In this document: positions 1 to 5,980 of the stretch, in pieces | Numbering within the stretch: position 1 is the first letter of the stretch | Layout: each line of letters opens with the position of its first letter | DNA from: a virus | Taxonomy: Duplodnaviria > Caudoviricetes | Length of the DNA: 47,281 nt | IMG/VR virus record: IMGVR_UViG_3300010234_000017 | Span: 1 to 47,281 of that record | Direction: 5' to 3' (one strand) | The notes under the pieces: model-generated | What the model was told of the DNA's origin: nothing | The model's input: only the letters and a program-made list of their open reading frames with translations | Databases searched by the model: none | Translations under genes and position numbers: made by a program

Positions 1-61
1 AATCCCGAAGGATGGGAAAACCCAAAATGCAAAGGCCTCATTGAATTACGAATAAAACAAA
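1..61. repeat. Terminal overlap (assembly circularity), left copy
   Basis: 1-61 equals 47221-47281 except position 7 (G) vs 47227 (T); it falls inside a gene, so it is an assembly overlap rather than the biological terminal repeat. Confidence 0.9.
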
Positions 62-533
62 CTTTCTTTTTCACTTTATCGTAATATTGTAGTGCATAGG
101 CAGGGTCTTTATCTTCAACTTCCTTTAAGGCATATTCAATACCATGTTCATTAATAAGGGCGTAGAGAGCTTCACTGTCTGTTCCATATTCATCTGAACC
201 TTCAAAGCTCTTAGAGATTGTACCATTGTGCATACCAACTACATTTTTAAATGTAAATGGGTGGCAGTTATTAATATCTACTTCACCCTTAGTTGCATGA
301 CGACAATGCCCCAAAAGAAACTTGCTGTTTTTAGCGTCTTTCAGTAATGAAGGGTTATCGTCTAAATAACTATAAGAAGGCTTCATTGACTTAAAAGTCT
401 TAACTACTTTGTCACCAACTACAATACCTGTACTATGATGTCCTCTCCATACATTTAAATGTAATAGGTCAGAAAACATACCGATATCAGATTCCCATAG
501 TGATCTGTCTAAAATACCAGTTAATCCACACAT
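1..533 (-). CDS. Class II (Ntn) glutamine amidotransferase, N-terminal part; gene wraps across the contig ends
   Basis: Not in ORF track. ATG at 533 reads MCGLTGILD...RGHHSTG...LGHCRHATKG...NCHPF...MHNGTI...TDSE (Cys2 nucleophile, Ntn motifs); continues in frame into 47220-46944 for a 269-aa protein. Confidence 0.9.
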   Translation of the reverse strand, partial: MCGLTGILDRSLWESDIGMFSDLLHLNVWRGHHSTGIVVGDKVVKTFKSMKPSYSYLDDNPSLLKDAKNSKFLLGHCRHATKGEVDINNCHPFTFKNVVGMHNGTISKSFEGSDEYGTDSEALYALINEHGIEYALKEVEDKDPAYALQYYDKVKKKVCFIRNSMRPLHFGFSHPSG

Positions 534-543
534 ATATCTCTCC

Positions 544-954
544 TTATGCCCAAACTACAATATTGTTTTCATCAGGTTCACACAACTGAACACCTGAGTG
601 ATCAAAGATATCTGCTGCATCTTTAGATACATAGATATCAACTTCAATTTGACCATCTTTAAAATGAACAGTCTCTTTTTCACGATCATAAAATGAAGGA
701 TATCCTTCATAAGAATCTAAAGAACCTAGAACAGACGGATCAGTTACTTTGAATACTTCACCCTTGATATAAGAGCCTTGATCATCTCGTTTTGTACGGG
801 GGAAACCATGAGCCTTACTAGACATAATAAACTTTGTCTCTGTGACTGCTTCACCCATATACTCTGAGTTCCCAAAACAATAAGAACCACTATGACCTTT
901 TTTGAGTGTACCGTATACAAACACGAACACTGGATTTTCTTTATTAATATTCAT
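544..954 (-). CDS. Gamma-glutamylcyclotransferase (AIG2/GGACT-like)
   Basis: VFVYGTLKKG, IKGEVFKV, LDSYEGYP..YDR motifs. Confidence 0.92.
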   Translation of the reverse strand: MNINKENPVFVFVYGTLKKGHSGSYCFGNSEYMGEAVTETKFIMSSKAHGFPRTKRDDQGSYIKGEVFKVTDPSVLGSLDSYEGYPSFYDREKETVHFKDGQIEVDIYVSKDAADIFDHSGVQLCEPDENNIVVWA

Positions 955-982
955 CTTATTTCCTTTATATTAGATGATAGGA

Positions 983-1327
983 TTAACTTCTGTGGAAGAT
1001 GTGACAAGTATTGCCACTGTTAGGGTTAACAAAAGAGTTAACTTTTTTGAAGCCTCTTTTAATAAGCTCGTCTTCAAAGTAAGGGAGTTGATAATCTGTA
1101 AGAATAGCTTCTAAAAGAAGAGTCCCAGATAATTCAGCTTCCTCTAAATAATTAAATATTTTTTTATATACATGATCTTTAAAAGGTGCATCCTCTTCTT
1201 CAACGCCACTTAGTTCAATGTATTTGTCTAGTTGTTGTAGAGTTTCCTTAACTTCACTTGAGCTGAAGCCAAAAATATTAAACATACCACAACAATAACC
1301 TGAGTGAGCACTAATTTCAAGTCCCAT
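983..1327 (-). CDS. Hypothetical protein, possibly a distant GNAT-like fold
   Basis: 114-aa ORF with GGAG RBS; YCCG N-terminus and LIKRGFKKV..F.NPNSGN C-terminus. Confidence 0.6.
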   Translation of the reverse strand: MGLEISAHSGYCCGMFNIFGFSSSEVKETLQQLDKYIELSGVEEEDAPFKDHVYKKIFNYLEEAELSGTLLLEAILTDYQLPYFEDELIKRGFKKVNSFVNPNSGNTCHIFHRS

Positions 1328-1328
1328 A

Positions 1329-1844
1329 TTAATTCTCCTTTAGTATTTCTACGTTAATAAGTTTGTCATCTTCAAAGGTATATTCAACATTTGAAAGAGA
1401 CCCTGCCCCGCGTAGATTTCTTACACCCTTTGTACAAGTGAGAAATACTTGGCACTTAACTTTTTCTATTACACCAATCTCTGTCCAATGGTATTGATGA
1501 TCACTGCCAACCTTGCCACAACGTGATTGATATCTGTCTTGACCAGTTCGGTTTTTATCATCAATAAATCTGACAACACATTTACCTTGATCATGTCCAA
1601 TGCAGATAACCTCACTATCTGTAGAGTTTTGACGGTAGCGTTTACCAATTTTCATCTTATCTGTGTAGTGTTCTACACGGGAAGAGTCAATGACTATCTT
1701 GTCGGGAAGACCAAAGTCTACGCTAGGGTATCCGTTTGAGTAAATATCACAAACTGTACCTACAGCCCCCACCTCATTAAAATTATTTTTAATATTAGTA
1801 CTTTTAGTGACAACAACTTTATCACCTACTTTAAATTTAGACAT
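1329..1844 (-). CDS. Hypothetical protein with KOW/SH3-like modules
   Basis: MSKFKVGDKVVV start and a second MKIGKRY module. Confidence 0.65.
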   Translation of the reverse strand: MSKFKVGDKVVVTKSTNIKNNFNEVGAVGTVCDIYSNGYPSVDFGLPDKIVIDSSRVEHYTDKMKIGKRYRQNSTDSEVICIGHDQGKCVVRFIDDKNRTGQDRYQSRCGKVGSDHQYHWTEIGVIEKVKCQVFLTCTKGVRNLRGAGSLSNVEYTFEDDKLINVEILKEN

Positions 1845-1873
1845 TTTATTTTCCTTACAATATCTTTAAGATT

Positions 1874-1950
1874 TGGTCTCCACTGAGGGATTCGAACCCC
1901 CGACCTACGAATTAGAAGTTCGTTGCTCTGTCCAGCTGAGCTAAGTGGAG
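1874..1950 (-). tRNA. tRNA-Arg(TCT)
   Basis: CTCCACT/AGTGGAG acceptor stem, AGCTCAGCTGGACAGAGC D arm, ACGAA-CTTCTAA-TTCGT anticodon arm, GGTTCGAATCC T arm, encoded CCA. Confidence 0.95.
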
Positions 1951-1958
1951 GTAGATTA

Positions 1959-2372
1959 TTAATCTCTCTCGGCGTACCAAGTTGGAGACCCTGAATCAGA
2001 AGCCCCTGCTTCGTCATTTTTAATCTTCTCGTTAACTGCATCTAACAAGAAAGAGCAATCACCAGAGTGCATAATTGAACTCCGATAATCCCCTCTTGAC
2101 GTGATTAAGCCAAAGGCTTGAATGATTTTTCCATGATTATCATCAGTAGATAAGACATAGTCATCAAGCTTCACCTCATTCACAACAGTCTTCTTTGTGA
2201 TGAGGACATTATGCACTTTAATAATAAACAACCGTAAGATTGCAACAACTGCACCAGTTGTACCAGCAAAAAGTAGTAGTTGGTATAAGATGTAACCAAC
2301 AAGAACGTAGATTACTGTACCTTCCATACCAGCAACAGCGTCAATTAGGATTTTTAGATCGTCAATAACCAT
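1959..2372 (-). CDS. Hypothetical membrane protein
   Basis: Long N-terminal hydrophobic segment; AAGGAG RBS. Confidence 0.75.
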   Translation of the reverse strand: MVIDDLKILIDAVAGMEGTVIYVLVGYILYQLLLFAGTTGAVVAILRLFIIKVHNVLITKKTVVNEVKLDDYVLSTDDNHGKIIQAFGLITSRGDYRSSIMHSGDCSFLLDAVNEKIKNDEAGASDSGSPTWYAERD

Positions 2373-2384
2373 ATTAGTTCTCCT

Positions 2385-2612
2385 TTAGAACTTGATTGTA
2401 ATTTCATCACCCTCATAGATGGGGTAAGTTGTATCTGATATATAGAAGGATGATTCATGTACAGGATTTACACTACTCCAAACATTTGTCTTACCATCTG
2501 GTAAGATATACATAGATAGCATCTCAGTGTGGTCACTGTTTAGGATAAGGTTACCTTCATGCACCCACCCAATAAACTTATTATCAGGTGATCTTCTAGA
2601 TGTAATTTTCAT
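2385..2612 (-). CDS. Hypothetical protein
   Basis: 75-aa ORF with AGGA RBS, tight packing. Confidence 0.65.
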   Translation of the reverse strand: MKITSRRSPDNKFIGWVHEGNLILNSDHTEMLSMYILPDGKTNVWSSVNPVHESSFYISDTTYPIYEGDEITIKF

Positions 2613-2693
2613 TTTTATAGTCCTATTAGTTTAAAAAATATTGCAATTAATGGAAGTAACTGGCCATAATAAGTAATCATCTCAATAAGGGTC

Positions 2694-2888
2694 TCAGACA
2701 TTAGTGCCCTTGTAATAAAGCCTGAATGTCTCTATTTTCCCACAATGTTTACACTTAGAAGGCTGTACTTTTGTAGGTACGTTTGGTTCATCGTCAAAAA
2801 GAGTAATAGCATCTCTTTCTTTGCCATAAGGTTCCCATTCACATAAATGCCAATCACCGGTAAATAAAAATTTAATTATTCTTAACAT
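2694..2888 (-). CDS. Small Zn-ribbon-like protein
   Basis: HLCEW...CKHCGK; GGAGG RBS. Confidence 0.7.
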   Translation of the reverse strand: MLRIIKFLFTGDWHLCEWEPYGKERDAITLFDDEPNVPTKVQPSKCKHCGKIETFRLYYKGTNV

Positions 2889-2933
2889 TAGTCACCTCCA
2901 TACCTCTTGTCCATTTTAAAGGGGGTACATTAA

Positions 2934-2980
2934 GCGCTAGTGTCATGATAGGAACAATCTACTATGAAATACACTAACGC
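2934..2980 (-). promoter_or_regulatory. Long imperfect hairpin, possible RNase III processing site
   Basis: Minus strand GCGTTAGTGT...CATAGTAGA-TTGTT-CCTATCATG-ACACTAGCGC, intergenic. Confidence 0.45.
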
Positions 2981-2999
2981 CTCTGTACGGTTAATTTAA

Positions 3000-3086
3000 T
3001 CACTGGTCCCAAACTACCCAACATATAAAGGCAAGGTTTAGTGATATATAGAAGAATAGTTCAGGGATTGTGACTGAGAAATCCAT
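3000..3086 (-). CDS. 28-aa membrane peptide MDFSVTIPELFFYISLNLAFICWVVWDQ
   Basis: Read by hand; AGGA RBS; single TM helix. Confidence 0.55.
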   Translation of the reverse strand: MDFSVTIPELFFYISLNLAFICWVVWDQ

Positions 3087-3097
3087 TATTTCCTAAA

Positions 3098-3175
3098 TTA
3101 TATTAATAGAAACTGCACGGCAAAACCAATAACAGCTCCTATTAAAAATAATGTCCAACTAAATTCTTGTTCCAT
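3098..3175 (-). CDS. 25-aa membrane peptide MEQEFSWTLFLIGAVIGFAVQFLLI
   Basis: 3' part of track ORF 3098..3283; AAGGGA RBS before ATG at 3175. Confidence 0.55.
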   Translation of the reverse strand: MEQEFSWTLFLIGAVIGFAVQFLLI

Positions 3176-3179
3176 ATTA

Positions 3180-3299
3180 TTATTTCCCTTGTTTTTTAGC
3201 CAGGGCTGCAAGTAGTGCAACGGCAATAGGCTTACTGTTATTAGCCTGTTTTGTGTTGTGCTGTTTGGTTGCATGTGCTGCAAGTTCTTGAGTATTCAT
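3180..3299 (-). CDS. 39-aa peptide MNTQELAAHATKQHNTKQANNSKPIAVALLAALAKKQGK
   Basis: Read by hand; AAAGGA RBS; tightly packed with neighbours. Confidence 0.6.
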   Translation of the reverse strand: MNTQELAAHATKQHNTKQANNSKPIAVALLAALAKKQGK

Positions 3300-3327
3300 A
3301 GTAATATTCCTTTGTTAAATTGTTGAT

Positions 3328-3489
3328 TTATTTAAGGGTTTCAATACAAGTCTCATTAGAAAAAAGACTTCTGCATTTTTCATAAGACTCTTCATTGGAG
3401 ATTGTAACACTAATTAAAGATACCCATGCGATAAACATAATTACAAACATAGGTGTGATAGGAACAAATTCTGATAATCTATTAAACAT
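3328..3489 (-). CDS. 53-aa membrane protein with a C-terminal Cys pair
   Basis: MFNRLSEFVPITPMFVIMFIAWVSLISVTISNEESYEKCRSLFSNETCIETLK, read by hand. Confidence 0.55.
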   Translation of the reverse strand: MFNRLSEFVPITPMFVIMFIAWVSLISVTISNEESYEKCRSLFSNETCIETLK

Positions 3490-3518
3490 TTATAGAGCCT
3501 TTACATTTTGTGTTTGTG

Positions 3519-3710
3519 CTAAATTGACTCACTAGTTCTATACAATGAGCCATTTGCTGCTAATAGCACATCATGCCCATATTCAGAGCAATCAACCAAG
3601 TAGCGATTCACAGTATCAAGATAAAGAAAGCCTTTAGTTTTAACACCCCGTGTTACCTAAAGTCTATAAGCTTCTTTAGCTTTGATGATGGACTTTTGTC
3701 TATCAGTCAT
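3519..3710 (-). pseudogene. Paralogue of 4977..5171 interrupted by an in-frame TAG
   Basis: MTDRQKSIIKAKEAYRL*VTRGVKTKGF...NRYLVDC...GHDVLL...GSLY aligns end to end with MTNRQQAIIKAKEAYRLWITKAVKVKGF...NRYLFNC...GYDVLL...GSLW; TAG at 3657-3659 replaces TGG. Confidence 0.75.
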
Positions 3711-3838
3711 AATATTAATCCTTTTTTCAATACATTGCTTACACTGTAAACACCCGCTAGGGATATTTTTGTACAAATAGAAGGTGTTGCCACATTTTGA
3801 GTTACAACACACAACTATTTTTTCAGTGCCCATATTAT

Positions 3839-4411
3839 TTAGTGATCTTCAGGTTGAGCCACTGGTGCTTCAGACAAGAAACCACTAGATTGCAAAGACT
3901 TTGTGAGCTTTTCAACATCTTTAGTGTCGAAATCTTTGGCTTTACCGTCTTCAATGGCTTTATTTGCCTGAGTTAGCAGCGATTGAATGCGAGAATTAAG
4001 GTCAAACATACGAGTATTCTCGATGACCAGATCAAAGAAAGAGACTTCAAAGTGTTGTTCGCCCTTTGAGTTAGGTACGATTTCACGTTTTGTACCTTTT
4101 ACGTGACGGATTTCTTTTTCTTTTTCATCATAGCGTAGTGAGTTTGAGAATGATAGGAGCCATTTATAGAATGCAGTTGCACAACCTTTTGTATAAGCTG
4201 ATGCAATAGTATCATGAATAGCCTTGGCATTCGACATGTCACCAGTTTCAACATAATGAAGCAAGAAACCATTGACCAGTGCAATAGTATCAGATTTCAG
4301 AGTGTTGCCACGACGGGCAATTGAACCAATCATTTTAGTTTGGGTTGCAGTGTTAACACTTTTGAAAGTGTTTGTGTTAATTTTAGCTGCTTTATTTGAT
4401 TTATTAGTCAT
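3839..4411 (-). CDS. Early phage protein of unknown function (190 aa)
   Basis: Good RBS (GAAAGG); IGSIARRG..LK...LLHYVETGD...FYKW pattern resembles early proteins I recall from other podoviruses. Confidence 0.8.
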   Translation of the reverse strand: MTNKSNKAAKINTNTFKSVNTATQTKMIGSIARRGNTLKSDTIALVNGFLLHYVETGDMSNAKAIHDTIASAYTKGCATAFYKWLLSFSNSLRYDEKEKEIRHVKGTKREIVPNSKGEQHFEVSFFDLVIENTRMFDLNSRIQSLLTQANKAIEDGKAKDFDTKDVEKLTKSLQSSGFLSEAPVAQPEDH

Positions 4412-4437
4412 AATATTAACCTTTCAAGTTATAGTTT

Positions 4438-4957
4438 ATGGTATTTGCACCAATAACCCCATGCTTATTTACATGAGGTTAAAATTGCAAATCCATGCCA
4501 AGGTTTTCACCGTATTATATAACCTAATTCATACATGATTAAATTATATCGTCAATTGGTCTTATTTATTAAGGTGCAAGCCATACAGGCATCAAATCCT
4601 TAGTACCTATATCAATCTACATTTAAGCTTTTTGATATCAATACATTTATGTTGTCACCGCCAATTGTGTACCATGTGCCCCAACTCTGGGTAGTTCTCA
4701 TTGTGAGTGAATAGAATAAGGGTTGATAAGCCTTAAGCATTCAAACAAGTTCTATATTAATCTTTGCCTATCGCTGATTATCCGTGCATGATAGGAATAG
4801 AACTCACCTCAAAATTAAATTATAGCGTTCGGGGTTCAACAGTGGCACGAGTGCCAAAGCATCTTATTATAACATCCATACTTACTATAACCGCTCATAA
4901 GAGGGTTTTCCAGAATAATTACTGGCATATATACACCGTATATCATTGATGTATATA
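4438..4957 (-). ncRNA. Candidate large structured non-coding RNA or structured leader
   Basis: About 13 helices tile the interval, several needing G-U pairs that exist only on the minus strand; no credible ORF. Confidence 0.6.
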
Positions 4958-4976
4958 AGTCAACAATTATTTTTCT

Positions 4977-5171
4977 TTATATCTGATTTCGGTCTACTGC
5001 TTCCCATAATGAACCACAATCATTTAATAAAACATCATAGCCGTTATCACAATTAAACAAGTATCTATTTTCGTTACTAGGTACAATGAAACCTTTTACT
5101 TTAACGGCTTTTGTTATCCAAAGTCTATAAGCCTCTTTAGCTTTAATGATGGCTTGTTGTCTATTAGTCAT
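4977..5171 (-). CDS. First early gene, 64-aa hypothetical protein
   Basis: AAGGA RBS, immediately after a sigma70 promoter; has a paralogue at 3519..3710. Confidence 0.8.
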   Translation of the reverse strand: MTNRQQAIIKAKEAYRLWITKAVKVKGFIVPSNENRYLFNCDNGYDVLLNDCGSLWEAVDRNQI

Positions 5172-5200
5172 AAGGTCAATCCTTGTTTGTTTCTAGATAT

Positions 5201-5229
5201 ACATTACCAAAAGAATATAAGAAATGCAA
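5201..5229 (-). promoter_or_regulatory. Leftward early sigma70-type promoter
   Basis: TTGCAT (5229-5224), 17 bp, TAATGT (5206-5201) with extended TG. Confidence 0.65.
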
Positions 5230-5262
5230 GTAACATAATGTAACAGAATGTAACATAATGTG
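5230..5262. repeat. Three tandem 10-bp repeats GTAACA(T/G)AAT
   Basis: GTAACATAAT GTAACAGAAT GTAACATAAT GTG directly upstream of the leftward -35. Confidence 0.8.
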
Positions 5263-5444
5263 ATCTATCTATAGGTAGATGATATCAAATGAATGCATAC
5301 GTTATACATTGATCAAATCAATTGTATTCAATAGGATAGGTCAATTAAATGGTATTAACCCATTTTAAGTTAATTAATGTAATACTATTACATAGAACCA
5401 AAAAGTATCATAATAATCTTAGTGATCAATGAATCATTAGTATA

Positions 5445-5460
5445 CATATGATATCATATG
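5445..5460. promoter_or_regulatory. Perfect 16-bp palindrome CATATGATATCATATG (operator-like)
   Basis: Self-complementary; second copy with 15/16 match at 5691-5706. Confidence 0.6.
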
Positions 5461-5488
5461 GGGCTAGGGGTACAAAGGGGGGTACGGG
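5460..5488 (+). other. G-rich tract matching the canonical G-quadruplex pattern; candidate genome-end signal
   Basis: GGGG-CTA-GGGG-TACAAA-GGGGGG-TAC-GGG in an otherwise very AT-rich intergenic region between divergent promoters. Confidence 0.55.
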
Positions 5489-5585
5489 TGTCCCACGAGG
5501 AGTTGTACTGACCCTCATTATTTTCTCATAAAAATTACTCATTTTACTTTTTTTGAATTATTTTGAATTATTTTGCATTTTTTAC

Positions 5586-5614
5586 TTGACATTCATTTAG
5601 AAACATGGTATAAT
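5586..5614 (+). promoter_or_regulatory. Rightward consensus sigma70 promoter with UP-like T tracts
   Basis: TTGACA (5586-5591), 17 bp, TATAAT (5609-5614) with extended TG; TTTTGAATTA repeats upstream. Confidence 0.85.
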
Positions 5615-5710
5615 ATACTTAGGAAGCATAGAAAAGTAATTGAAAGGTTTTTCTAAAACTGATTAGGGTTACTGAGTATACAATGTATTTCATATGATAT
5701 CATAAGATAG

Positions 5711-5784
5711 ATTGGTATAGTGTAATGGTAGCACGTCAGTCTCCAAAACTGAAAGTGGTGGTTCAAGTCCATCTACCTTTGCCA
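5711..5784 (+). tRNA. tRNA-Trp(CCA)
   Basis: TCAGT-CTCCAAA-ACTGA anticodon arm, GGTGG-TTCAAGT-CCATC T arm, G73 plus CCA; two U-U mismatches in the acceptor stem. Confidence 0.85.
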
Positions 5785-5791
5785 AATTAAT

Positions 5792-5868
5792 GCTGGAATA
5801 GCTCCAATTGGAAGAGCAACTGTTTTGTACTCAGAGGGTTGTAGGTTCGAGTCCTGCTTCCAGCACCA
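5792..5868 (+). tRNA. tRNA-Thr(TGT)
   Basis: GCTGGAA/TTCCAGC acceptor stem, GGTTCGAGTCC T arm, CCA; anticodon arm ACTGT-TTTGTAC-TCAGA has mismatches. Confidence 0.85.
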
Positions 5869-5980
5869 TCACTAAGTTTGTAGCTAACGGTACAGGCTCT
5901 ATAGAGGTTTTATTGATTGTACCAGTGTATACAAAACAATCAATCATTATTTATAAAAATAAAGTAAACGGAGATTACTT

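Noticed and set aside
1-61. Biological direct terminal repeat
   Set aside because: The overlap cuts through the GATase gene and has k-mer-like length; true ends more likely lie near 5170-5710
1826-2041. Track ORFs 1826..2041 (-) and 5808..6020 (+)
   Set aside because: They run through tRNA genes
3657-3659. Genome-wide TAG recoding suggested by two in-frame ambers
   Set aside because: TAG is a real stop for genes ending at 28059, 28850 and 33587 (the last two followed immediately by the next start), long genes are open in the standard code, and no CUA-anticodon tRNA is present
2946-4800. Recurrent TGATAGGAA at about 2946, 3456 and 4789
   Set aside because: Short, in different contexts (one inside a coding region), and plausible by chance in AT-rich DNA
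4272-4949. Plus-strand ORFs 4272..4538 and 4764..4949
   Set aside because: Antisense to the early transcript, TTG starts without RBS, no protein-like features
4438-4957. tmRNA, RNase P, group I/II intron or hammerhead identity for the structured region
   Set aside because: No tRNA-like ends, no GAGGAAAGUCC, no recognisable intron core or CUGAUGA motif on the minus strand, and no interrupted host gene
5345-5377. CtrA boxes (TTAA-N7-TTAA)
   Set aside because: TTAA units at 5345, 5355 and 5365 are 6 nt apart, not 7, and the region is very AT-rich
5230-5580. CRISPR-like or guide-RNA array
   Set aside because: Repeats are 10-bp tandem units without spacers; no repeat-spacer array or Cas effector was seen in the window
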